A program made the translations under genes and the position numbers. From the NCBI GenBank assembly GCA_023667245.1, contig JAMPAL010000001.1, forward strand, positions 65,317-129,316: 64,000 nucleotides of DNA, read 5' to 3'. The notes beneath the pieces are model-generated. The model had not been told where the DNA came from. It did not search any database and saw only the letters and a list, made by a program, of their open reading frames with translations. Positions 30,101 to 35,814 of this stretch are shown in pieces. The stretch comes from Anaeroplasma bactoclasticum (lineage in GTDB: Bacteria > Bacillota_I > Bacilli_A > ML615J-28 > CAG-313). Numbering within the stretch: position 1 is the stretch's first letter; every line of letters starts with the position of its first letter.

Positions 30101-32501
30101 CACTACGTAAAATAGTGGCATCTAAGTGTAAATAATCTGCTGTTACTCTGTTCGGAAATTCTTCAAAGTTAGCCAAATTAGCAGCTTCTCTAACTGCACT
30201 TACAATCTTTTTCAAATCATCAGTAGTGAGTGTCTCTTTTAATTTTTCTACGGCTTCTAATTGTTTTGCATCTTCTAATAATTTTCGAATTTGCTCTTGA
30301 TGAAGTGCGTAGTCAATTCCTACTGGAACCACAACTAAATCTGCAATTTGAAGAGATAGAATGTGATGTACCATGACCAATAAATCATCCAATTGATTTG
30401 AATCATTTAAAATATCATGTAAAATGCTATTATAATTTTCTTTTACATTTTCAATCGTCTTCAAGTCAAACTTTTGTACTTCTTCATAAATGTTAACAAT
30501 AGAATGGAATTCTTGTTTCCAATTGACTTCTGTAAAATTGATTTGATCTAATGCATCGCCCACAATTTCTTTCACTTGAGCTTGATTGAGTCCTACTGCA
30601 AGTCCAATTTTAACTACATCATATAAACTTGAAGTTTTTGTTTCTTCATCTAATGTTGAAAAAATTTGATCTACAACCGCATGTAAAATGGCTACATCTA
30701 AATTCAAATAATCAACTTGGATTGTCGGATAATTCGAAAAATCAATTAATGGTAATGCTGTTTTTACACCAGCCACAACTGCTTTTAAATCTTCAATCGT
30801 CATTGTAAAACGAAGATCACTAAATGCACCAAGCTGACCAGCATCTTCTAAAAGTTTTTTGAATCCTTCAAGATTAGAAGCATATTCAATTCCAGAAGGT
30901 ACAGCAATTTGTTTGAGTAATTCTACTTCTAATGCTTGATTAATGATTTCAAACAATGCCTCTGTTTTACCCACATTGTTTAGAATATCTTTAATAAGTG
31001 CATTGGTATCTAACCCTTCAAATGATGTAACACCAAATGTTTGGAAAGTAGCATACATATCCACAAGGATATTCAATTCCTTTTTCCAATCTATGTCTTC
31101 AATACCACTTACAAATTGATAACCGATCCATTCTACAACCTTTTCATGAGATAACCCTGTATTGATTGCAATTGGAAGTATTTTTTGAATCAATTCTGTT
31201 TTTGCAAGTACATTCACAACATTTCTAACTTGCTCTGCATTCATTGTCAAATAGTTGAATTGATCAAGTGGGAAAATACCTAATTGGTATGCTTCTACAA
31301 TAGCATCTAAAATGGCATCTAAATCTTTACCCCAGTTGATATAACGCAGACTTAAATAGTCTGAGTCTTGATATGCATTTTCTAGTGCTTTTTGAATAGC
31401 AGGTATTTCATATCCGTATTCAATCGCTACAGGCATACCCTCAACCAATAACTTTGATTTTTTCAATGCATTTAAGGCATTTTTCAATTCTTCAATTGAC
31501 CATTTTTCGGGATTGGATTTGCCATTTAATGCATTTGCAGCTTTGATAAAAGTGATTAATTCTTCACTTACACTAATATTTTGGTTTTTTGTTTCAATTC
31601 TTAGCAAATCATCAAACAAACTTTCACTAAATGATTTACCAAAGAAATAACTAGATGCATTTGCAAATTTACCTAGACCACTTTCGTCATAGGCTTTTGC
31701 AAAATCAAATATCATTTCAATTGGATCATCTGTTGAGGTTGTTTGTTGTTCTTTCCCATTTACCAAATCGGAAATCATCCCTTTGGTTTCAGGAGTAGCT
31801 GTGTTAAGAACTGTACAAATCCCAGAAAGTGGCACACAAACCAAAATAACTACAAAGACACCTTTCAATGACCCCGCAAGAGCCCCCCACCAGCGTTTTT
31901 TTCCAGCAGGTTTCTTGACCAATTCATTTGCTTCTTTCGTTACTACAGCTTCTTCGACACTTTCTTCGCCAGTAGAAATGACAACTTGTTCTTTTTCTGA
32001 AACAGTTGTTTTTTCACTAGCTGCTTGTTCTATAGGTTTTTTCTTCTTAGCTGCACGAATAATCAATTCAATCATATGTGTAATCAAACGAATGATTGGA
32101 GAAATGATTAATACAACTAATGTGCCAGCAAGTAATCCGACTGCACGGAAGATGGCGCCGACAACACTATAGAAAAGCGTGTACGTTTCCTTTCCTTCAA
32201 CTAGTAAACCCTCTCCATTTGGAATAACTGATCTAGCATACACTAAAATAGCATCCCAAATTGTAGAGATAGAATCATCTTGAATACCTAGCATTTCAGC
32301 AACTTGTTGGCCTGCCTTTACATTGAGTAAAGTGGCTTGATCACCGAATACTAGCCAAGATAAAACTAGTAAAACTATGAAAACGGCTACGCACCTTAGT
32401 TCTCTTTTTAGTCCACCTAAAAAGCCCCAAAGCGCGAAAAGTAATACTATTGCTAGCAATCCCAAACCAGCAAATAGTAAGATTTGATTAAAATCCATCA
32501 T
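18105..32501 (-). CDS. Giant (about 4,800 aa) membrane-anchored acidic helical-repeat protein with a CvpA-like N-terminal TM domain; function unknown
   Basis: Uninterrupted 14.4-kb ORF. The track start at 32507 is a GTG lying inside the AGAGGTG RBS, so ATG 32501 (or 32498) is more likely. The N-terminus has 4-5 hydrophobic helices (DFNQILLFAGLGLLAIVLLFALWGFLGGLKRELRCVAVFIVLLVLSWLVF; ...VGLLAGTLVVLIISPIIRLI; WWGALAGSLKGVFVVILVCVPLSGICTVL) with a Lys-rich loop. The remaining ~4,550 aa are Leu/Ile/Asp/Glu/Lys/Val-rich and helical-looking, with a recurrent [VI][DN]W-x2-E motif about every 180-190 aa and no catalytic or anchoring motif I recognise. It has its own promoter and terminator. Confidence 0.9.
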   Translation of the reverse strand: MMDFNQILLFAGLGLLAIVLLFALWGFLGGLKRELRCVAVFIVLLVLSWLVFGDQATLLNVKAGQQVAEMLGIQDDSISTIWDAILVYARSVIPNGEGLLVEGKETYTLFYSVVGAIFRAVGLLAGTLVVLIISPIIRLITHMIELIIRAAKKKKPIEQAASEKTTVSEKEQVVISTGEESVEEAVVTKEANELVKKPAGKKRWWGALAGSLKGVFVVILVCVPLSGICTVLNTATPETKGMISDLVNGKEQQTTSTDDPIEMIFDFAKAYDESGLGKFANASSYFFGKSFSESLFDDLLRIETKNQNISVSEELITFIKAANALNGKSNPEKWSIEELKNALNALKKSKLLVEGMPVAIEYGYEIPAIQKALENAYQDSDYLSLRYINWGKDLDAILDAIVEAYQLGIFPLDQFNYLTMNAEQVRNVVNVLAKTELIQKILPIAINTGLSHEKVVEWIGYQFVSGIEDIDWKKELNILVDMYATFQTFGVTSFEGLDTNALIKDILNNVGKTEALFEIINQALEVELLKQIAVPSGIEYASNLEGFKKLLEDAGQLGAFSDLRFTMTIEDLKAVVAGVKTALPLIDFSNYPTIQVDYLNLDVAILHAVVDQIFSTLDEETKTSSLYDVVKIGLAVGLNQAQVKEIVGDALDQINFTEVNWKQEFHSIVNIYEEVQKFDLKTIENVKENYNSILHDILNDSNQLDDLLVMVHHILSLQIADLVVVPVGIDYALHQEQIRKLLEDAKQLEAVEKLKETLTTDDLKKIVSAVREAANLANFEEFPNRVTADYLHLDATILRSVVNKLFSSQRMNEIINIAVTVGVSIEKVQDMTKHALDNVDFSQVVWDKELGQLVSLYETFLTFGFESVEEFQTKNWVDIVQDILENTDKFESANTFASQLVDLQLYKLAGTPTMQKFLDEFIDQKANEFGDIVDVNGMSSEEWKEDLKDILDIAKAANEIKVLDNLNPFVYQNLDLTSDQAIANLKLIVEKALGLHILGDNQLKNKLVLASMRQFGWIEVLEEDAFQNVDWNNETIVILSLIDTYAKLIDVEGFDIYNLSSLTENIEQLLENDTFLDYVVEALENIVESQLVLTVLPNVLDKYLVPQIEKLETIDDSALIKDILDHISSEELVNEVIKLVDVVKAAVDLNVLDIKDDGLHALALEQVDAMKTIVSGIFDSKIIQGFEGRIIRVLLKVSGLLDIEKDGDVYNQLIELDYTGEKDILLSFIDEISNVLQDESFTLFNEQNQLILDLNFWAENENAQALVNGVKVLFGTYEDTNVSGSKLIEVLLPTIYDTYVEAKNIIPEDFKSIVEELDVTNASGQTLAHDLRCLVYVLDQLVSVDAQTFLTKEGNIAINDQLSDALCNIIDALHDMELFRGHEEATLSWGVNYIASLLKIELGAINEDFSNVDWQGQKAVYKNIITDIVALFKENQVADVNAAIEIIQGILKGNHEYDTYVTDANATSILNIIDKIADVEVIDAIIPLGIKYGVKFLGEKGIQLDYIYELTNEQLVDDFHSLVTIAHKLVEDLSIVDYYLDREKGEMPLPNESVVLSVVDDLYELNLVQCANGRLAEAVYDKLIELYAQDQVFELSKADFDFRNINWASEKEVIKELLALGYDFFETANVQTMYAAVNFFKDKWYTYPTVLTDEVGYIATDALRTLQESQLLGNIIEKGFKYLINLANRSGQVPFSIDYLAQVSKEALIEDLGTLANILDEAITFGAIEYLRTKNIQMVDLNKVADIVEHMYDLNVVQANESELLFNAINYGLKLINDKWNDTLFVTDSQVKTIDVKQEFTLLAQIIRNAQRVLDKQDLRSITDIQAFISGDTYKKEAFYDVETGEILSDILVEVVDSQILQLVLVDMIDLVATQVKKVDLSFLKGALTKEEWVEDIRTVAKLIVPAIQAELIKLVFGLDVKELPLHMDIYSEMVPVLGNLNLLNYKWADIATFATNQVLEAIKVEDRVETNLFEGIAFKDEVASLVQAIQSLQQSFENASIVKVQDVIDIMQYKAYKDVKYATEAVVNPLLDALDALLDTQTLQVVLPTVANVGHDQLTKNEATKDFAFILEDLNQVELVEDAKLLVAYLKDAVTVGALEYITTKDIQNLNVEKIAEMVDGLYDFHMIQKHAPNLMNELFKIATKKVVISFNVTLADFETIQYQNEFTSLAEAILAIRPLMNSLEYTSLKDVMKIINNKDYQYRAFYKGATLDALVDLARETLDLETVAFLLPDVFNYGLDQVKGVDVAFLKDAFTKEELVQDARQILLAVAPMDRAEMIDVMFGTKIEDTMLHFNDYEEIITVVSELHILNKKWADIATLATNKTLEALKSSDRVEASLFEGIVFKDEALQLVQALENLDQTCIAANLSTVKNVIDIVREGYYKDAKYANEAVVNPLLEALDVLLDVQTVQVLLPTATTHIITYLDEKHIQYSFVLEDLNQVELVEDAKLLVAYLKDAVTVGALEYITTKDIQNLNVEKIAEMVDGLYDFHMIQKHIVELLSTVVETLDLAIKDIVIDITSQDLETVDYALEFKQLAEVVRSIGLLMDSLEYTSLKDLTEMMKRKDYNANGFYTEASVNAAANILDAVAHLQLAEIVLPSAIDYAVVYAASKNLDLAFLQNDRYNGALQVEDLKTMATILPLVYELGISDYYFKQEGKDLDASIINAILDQVGQLNVANLFYKDLLVLGVNKVYSLAKLDAKVTLEDFNQVVFETEIETFQKAVVAFKAMMDEKGLSTIADVVAFFNDKTYAKAECYDVSMGYDLATFVSEIADSKVVEVMLPVFFNYGLDQVKGIDVTFLKDAFTKEELSSDLKQLSNAIVPIIRAELVDVCLKAIQFEEMSLHFNDYEEIVKAVSELHILNKKWADIATLATNKTLEALKSSDRVEASLFEGIVFKDEVPQLVQALEEFKAAYVASNVLTVKDILGIFKNKNYKDEATLNRNVANAFVNGIDQAVEVKTLQVLLPTFAMHMAKFTGQKGFAMEYLFIDATKEELVADVHTLASMSRELLDYGMLEFMLFGGAIDVSTADVINAAIDKMQALNCMSHNEQNLLTALFDKLGINTTSMALSTIDYKQTWSEVNEVVRIAYRVFNAKQANTLSQIKALFTKEFVQELWKVNEQTDTYLDAMIDLAKLCSESELVEAIAFPVSEKYVKEDNKLFDLIGIHQIYNHPQEFTADLSAFATTIESIRTLDLYKIVKEDAPYPFDRADVVETVVNHLFGLYYFNNDGRLDAVIKAVDGLVSQDLSDITADGVNLKADAPKIIEMYSYFYNITQNKYWTINSNADVKNKNFNMQLLGQASFYENTLDFILTYMDTTIYEKTGPAILLVSLPLMKKFAPQYYEALDLEHLTLDVVEHDIPYLEDIVFAMKEMDLTTTIENKAYFTEQMRDMVMRIFDDVVALDMLNGHMEAVLTLIAKDFINGKKIAGFEIAEDAFKFETTVFELDKDDMKLVMNELYDLFARENINNIEDAKAYIQQLMNKAGMKAFLSQEANWVMMENIMSALSRMTLVQENGLAMMNNIVTPFIEQYSLTLGHASDLSMYTNEEFMEDLTLATALVKALHQLDVVSILNNQNIDYANVDAVETILSSLADMNYFKYHMDQIINFVDRRSILPFSIQALHSSEFDFASDMCLFAQMYKDLVPYLTSKYNPFSTYKDIRVFMNSGFNITKDMLSGTNLYRYNFVDAYDKLVQTTTYQLLLPELKEFVETKVPEKYRGVVAAVSFDGLTFAQVKEDALLSATLVRTLVDFGIIDAVKNKDIPFTGKIISTLDAQTAEITRTEALNSIVDNLEALHCLANRSEVLLEALETLGVITNEIDLSGINWENEFAYLRTLITEGIEVFESCGWNTVKEVYAYIKSLNRANIQSEMKAMARLADTDSLAVVMETLDLSDAFNQLFKPLYNRYVYHRLPVSLGELGNLDEYTIADLDEDMARVARITRAIAQMDAVPGSIKDNVTKDECIIPAQTIIEEVFALNFVDQKKQELVHFANTFVGEIDMSDLDLTGVDLANDGKILSAYAKEILMIVAKTGLLKVKLQHLGNTELMSAVVALYHGALDTNVFKAISSWGYEKYVLPKLENANLAHRLGIDENSIEPLCQEFGVVLDALLDMGAFSNDGIDFTHPENTDRLFGVFTNVFDLSDKTMTPINKLKKNMYVLGKVDLVYPEGSLKAELKAIYRAMMKALDLVERYGDQLKTDKYELFGDQAFQNEVTALVNQAFESKVLEQIATPIADGIVRIFTKDIVEITILEHMDSKTFVNTFLPDVFNIVEKANALGLFKKTIDYKNAQGIIDFADIAVHSTSFAPYLDQLMQYACYVVGVDIRDVDFSGVNWEMEYQGLASALREVESVLPTIDIHDKSTMKNNAFLDAVANATPHMEQSIILPLVARQFAEKLAQKLFGNRFNQYINRLYQTSYTDEKLMSDYAHISDILKAVVDLGYFEGGLDYNNLDPILTLAEEFFALEYTKGLETRLLNAVVKRVDALKAYTFDFDAVQDWAVEQVVFMDALKELVSLSKLMDINNVSSSALEDKAIQSQFVKVVDTMSKSLVGQQFLPQFYMDKVEPMLGNEDYRDIVDFTDPGFTPDKWASEFEKLFEAYSKLQEVEYGTSKEITLQDAKAIMLLMFGTREHKEDGLYAVISKPQLWLTRFYDRGFFNLPNNAKVSIDTTDNRDWNDEAYQIMDLLDQMMAFETSSGSTFDYNDVYACQDEAQLKEFFATINECVAVRTAVMCIVFNIIEENTTVQQQLEASGLLDAAFQDEYDLYMNGTYVYNESYWTDAKVQQFASIIARANAL
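23797..23927 (-). repeat. Intragenic direct repeat R2, copy a (inside the giant gene)
   Basis: 131 nt, identical to 25453-25583 except for one position (t/c). The offset is 1,656 nt (552 codons, in frame). It encodes ...LHILNKKWADIATLATNKTLEALKSSDRVEASLFEGIVFKDE. Confidence 0.9.
25008..25192 (-). repeat. Intragenic direct repeat R1, copy a (inside the giant gene)
   Basis: 185 nt, identical to 26106-26290 except for one position (a/g). The offset is 1,098 nt (366 codons, in frame). It encodes LEDLNQVELVEDAKLLVAYLKDAVTVGALEYITTKDIQNLNVEKIAEMVDGLYDFHMIQKH. Confidence 0.9.
25453..25583 (-). repeat. Intragenic direct repeat R2, copy b
   Basis: See copy a (23797-23927). A third, diverged copy lies near 26560-26690 (LNLLNYKWADIATFATNQVLEAIKVEDRVETNLFEGIAFKDE). 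Confidence 0.9.
26106..26290 (-). repeat. Intragenic direct repeat R1, copy b
   Basis: See copy a (25008-25192). Confidence 0.9.
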
Positions 32502-32534
32502 TTTCACCTCTTTTTTTCATGACTTTACTCATTT

Positions 32535-32563
32535 ATTCTACCAAATTTTTATTTTTTTTGCAA
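32535..32563 (-). promoter_or_regulatory. Putative sigma-A promoter (extended -10) for the giant gene
   Basis: On the minus strand: TTGCAA (32558-32563), a 17-nt spacer, then TGgTAGAAT (-10 is the complement of 32535-32540). It lies about 30 nt upstream of the start codon and the AGAGGTG RBS. Confidence 0.5.
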
Positions 32564-32696
32564 GTGTTTTTAACTAATTAGAATGTTTTTACATTTTTTT
32601 CGTTTTTACCTTTATATTTTATTTCCTTTTATGGTGAAATATTCCAATTTGTTACAAGAGCATATGCTAGGAATTTTTTGTTTAAATTTTAACCTA

Positions 32697-32732
32697 TCAA
32701 AAAAGAATTCAAATCGATGGATTTGAATTCTT
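32697..32732 (-). terminator. Strong rho-independent terminator between the ~1,000-aa gene and the giant gene
   Basis: 13-bp perfect stem aagaattcaaatc (32703-32715) / gatttgaattctt (32720-32732) with a 4-nt loop. On the minus strand it is followed by a T-run (complement of 32699-32704). It begins 10 nt after the stop at 32742. Confidence 0.7.
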
Positions 32733-32741
32733 ACTTGTTTT

Positions 32742-35738
32742 TTATAATATCTCTAAATATGTTAAAACCGCAGCAATCACAGCGCTTTCTTCTACTTGAG
32801 TAGCTAGTTCTGGATAATCTTGAATGTTAAATTCTGCTTGTTGACTAATTGCTTCTTGATATGTAGTCAATGCACTAGTTAAGGTGGTTGCTTCTTTAGT
32901 CCAATCTACATTTTCATCTATTTCTAGGCCTTCATTTCCAACCACTTGTGATAACATATCATAGGTTAAATCTGTACTATTTTCGATTTGATCAAGTGTA
33001 GAAAAAGCCGTAGACAATCGTTGTATTGTTTCATCGGTAATATGATTTTTATCAGTATCTTGAATAGCTTGCGCAATATCAATCATATGTCCCATCGTTT
33101 GTGCATACATCTGTAGCGATTCTGGACGTGTAAAATCGTATTTAGGTTGATGTGTGATATCATCTATTGGTAAAATGTTCATTCCCTTTTCACCTAAAGC
33201 ATCATTTAAAAGTTGTCCTATTACTTTTGAAGCAAGAATAGATGTACTTGATTGCATCATGATTTGTTCAACTGCACTTCCTTGGATGCTATCAGTTTGT
33301 ACTTGGCCAGTTAGCGTATCTTTTAAGAATATATGTTTGCTATTTTTTAACACTTCTACAAGTACACCTAATTCTTGACTCATTGTATGTTGCATGATGA
33401 TTTCTTTTTCTTGTTCCGTAAGCGTCATTGTAAATTCAGTTTGTTGTAATACAATATCCAAAAGTGTAAACGTATAGGGTTGCATGATATGAGAAACATA
33501 CATATCATCAAAGAATCCACCCACTTTTTCAGCTATATCTAAAGCATTATCTAGTGTAGATATATCCTTTTCTAGGAAAGAAAGATCTGTACTTAAATCA
33601 ATAATATCTAATAACACTTGTTTTAACCGAGGTTGTTCTTCATCCCAATTGGTTGGCGTGCTTGGTGCGGTATAACTTATATATTGATTCATCCCACTCA
33701 TATCTAAAAATATTTGTACCAACTGCTGTTCATTCTTTTGCAACAATTGTAAACTGAGTAAACAATCTAGTAATTGTTCTACTTGTAATTTGGTCTTTTC
33801 ATCTGTTAAATCAAGTTGATAAGTTTGATTGGTGTCAAAATGATCTTTCAATCGAATCTCTTGTGCTATTCGATATGCATTAAAGAAAGCTTCCACATCG
33901 CTTGAAAAATCTTGTTGAAGATAGTCTACTTGAATCAAATTGACAATGGACTCAAATTCGGAATCGCGTGTTGCTTTTTGTAACATCACAATGACTGCTG
34001 GTAAATAATACGTTTTGGCAAGAGTAGAGCGATTTAAATCTTCAATTATCGTTTGAATAATGCCTGCCGTGTGTTCATTTTCTAACAATTTGGATAAATC
34101 GTTTTGATCAAAAGGGCAAGTTAAAACCAGTTCATATGCATCTATACAAATATCAAATAAGACCTCTGTTTCTTTTGACCAATCTACTTCTTCTTTTATG
34201 AACGCCTCTATATCAATTCCATACTCACTCACATCAAAACTTTTTTCAATTTGATGTGCCATCTTTTCTAAGATTAATGGGTAATTATCCTTTAACAAAT
34301 AAACGCACAAAATATGACGTTTAGCTTCTTGCAATTGTTTTTTTAACTCACTTGTAAATGTATATGTTCCTTCTACTTTCCGAATATAATCCAATACTTT
34401 GGTTTCTTTTAGCAATTGATATGCACTGACCACTTCTTTTACATCGCTTGCCAGATGCGTTTGAATATATATCTCATTGATCCAATCTGTCACAAATGCA
34501 TATTCAGTTTCTTTGAAATAATCTTGTAAATAAAAATAAGATACTTTTGTAAAGCACTCCTCAAACAATTCAACCTCCATTGCCTTTGTTAAAGCATCGC
34601 TAAAATCGGTTGCAAATGTATCACTTTCTAATAATTGTTCAGTTTGAAAATCATCTAAATTGATATGTTGAAGTAACTGATAAACTGATTTTAAAAAAGG
34701 TTCTGTTTCTGAAAAGTTTTGGTTAATATCTAATTTGGATAACCGATCAAAGTCTAGATTCCATTTTTGAATATCTAATTTTTCTTGTTCGGTTTGTAAA
34801 TAGCCAATGATATATGGATAAAATGCTTCAATAACTTTACTATCTCCTAAATAAGTACAAAGTAAATGGATATCTTCTTCTGTAAGCAAATCTAATTTTT
34901 CGTTATTTGAAATATCTTGTGATGCACCTTCTGCAATATCTAAAACCCGTGGTAATATAGGGGAAAGCGAATCTATTTCTTTAACAAAATTAATGGTTAC
35001 ACCATTGGTTTTGATTTGAAATACATTACCTAAACGTTTGGCCGCTAAACCAAAGGAGCCATTTTCTTTTTTACCTAATGTCTTCGTTGTCTTCAATATA
35101 AAAGATGAAGACACCATTTCATTTAAATTCTCTGATTGTTCCACATAACTTTCGTCTTGTTTTGCTGCTTCTTCTAATGCTTTTTGTGTTACTTCTACAG
35201 CACCATATAGTGGTAAAACAAAGATGTAAAACATAAACACAAATCCAATCAAAGCTATTCCTAAACCAAGTAGTCGGTCTAGCAATAACCGATGTTTTTT
35301 CTTTCTTATCCCAGGAAGTACTAAAAAGAAAATAAATCGCAATAATGGTGCTCCAATCAATAACCATACAATAGCAAAAGAAAGGCAAATGATAAATCGT
35401 CCTACTGAAATAGCCATATCTTCAATCAAAATATCCATTTTTGCTTCCTTTAATTTATTCATATCACCTTCAAAACACTGATTGGCAACACTTTCTTCAA
35501 TCCATGTATAAAGAGAAGTTTCTTCTTCTGTAAAAACATGATTTTCTATATAGATGACTTTTTTCGCTGCTCTTCCTGCAAAGATAAAACAAAGTATAAG
35601 GGGAACAATTTTAATTGCTACAATAATTCCTGTTCGAATTGTCCCTTTCGTAAAGCCTTTTAATAGTGCTATCAAACCGATGAAAAGCACAAAAATATCA
35701 ATTCCTAAAACAATCATTTTGAATGTCTCATTACCCAT
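32742..35738 (-). CDS. ~1,000-aa paralogue of the giant protein: CvpA-like N-terminal TM domain plus acidic helical-repeat region; function unknown
   Basis: The first ATG (35747) directly abuts AAGGAGG, so the ATG at 35738 (MGNETF...) has better spacing. TM block: GIDIFVLFIGLIALLKGFTKGTIRTGIIVAIKIVPLILCFIFA; ...FIICLSFAIVWLLIGAPLLRFIFFLVLPGIRKKKHR; LGLGIALIGFVFMFYIFVLPLY. An acidic helical region follows, carrying the same motif as the giant protein (VDWSKETEVLFD, TNWDEEQPRLKQ, VDWTKEATTLTS). Confidence 0.85.
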   Translation of the reverse strand: MGNETFKMIVLGIDIFVLFIGLIALLKGFTKGTIRTGIIVAIKIVPLILCFIFAGRAAKKVIYIENHVFTEEETSLYTWIEESVANQCFEGDMNKLKEAKMDILIEDMAISVGRFIICLSFAIVWLLIGAPLLRFIFFLVLPGIRKKKHRLLLDRLLGLGIALIGFVFMFYIFVLPLYGAVEVTQKALEEAAKQDESYVEQSENLNEMVSSSFILKTTKTLGKKENGSFGLAAKRLGNVFQIKTNGVTINFVKEIDSLSPILPRVLDIAEGASQDISNNEKLDLLTEEDIHLLCTYLGDSKVIEAFYPYIIGYLQTEQEKLDIQKWNLDFDRLSKLDINQNFSETEPFLKSVYQLLQHINLDDFQTEQLLESDTFATDFSDALTKAMEVELFEECFTKVSYFYLQDYFKETEYAFVTDWINEIYIQTHLASDVKEVVSAYQLLKETKVLDYIRKVEGTYTFTSELKKQLQEAKRHILCVYLLKDNYPLILEKMAHQIEKSFDVSEYGIDIEAFIKEEVDWSKETEVLFDICIDAYELVLTCPFDQNDLSKLLENEHTAGIIQTIIEDLNRSTLAKTYYLPAVIVMLQKATRDSEFESIVNLIQVDYLQQDFSSDVEAFFNAYRIAQEIRLKDHFDTNQTYQLDLTDEKTKLQVEQLLDCLLSLQLLQKNEQQLVQIFLDMSGMNQYISYTAPSTPTNWDEEQPRLKQVLLDIIDLSTDLSFLEKDISTLDNALDIAEKVGGFFDDMYVSHIMQPYTFTLLDIVLQQTEFTMTLTEQEKEIIMQHTMSQELGVLVEVLKNSKHIFLKDTLTGQVQTDSIQGSAVEQIMMQSSTSILASKVIGQLLNDALGEKGMNILPIDDITHQPKYDFTRPESLQMYAQTMGHMIDIAQAIQDTDKNHITDETIQRLSTAFSTLDQIENSTDLTYDMLSQVVGNEGLEIDENVDWTKEATTLTSALTTYQEAISQQAEFNIQDYPELATQVEESAVIAAVLTYLEIL

Positions 35739-35814
35739 CTTTGACATCCTCCTTATTTCTTACATTCTGCTATATTATACTACAAATCTATGCTTTATTC
35801 AAGTGTTTCTGCCA

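Noticed and set aside
19076-32172. Plus-strand ORFs inside the giant gene (19076-19267, 19651-19839, 19796-20047, 22087-22467, 28870-29127, 31783-32172)
   Set aside because: All are antisense to one continuous 14.4-kb reading frame, and their compositions are Ser/Ile/Phe-rich and low-complexity. That is expected from the complement of a Glu/Asp/Leu/Lys-rich gene. They have no RBS and no motifs.
18105-35747. Giant-gene pair as a mobile genomic island or prophage cargo
   Set aside because: There is no integrase, recombinase, transposase or phage gene anywhere in the window. I noticed no flanking direct repeats. By eye the composition resembles the neighbouring genes. The only tRNA (43478-43552) is 8 kb away and not adjacent to any integrase.
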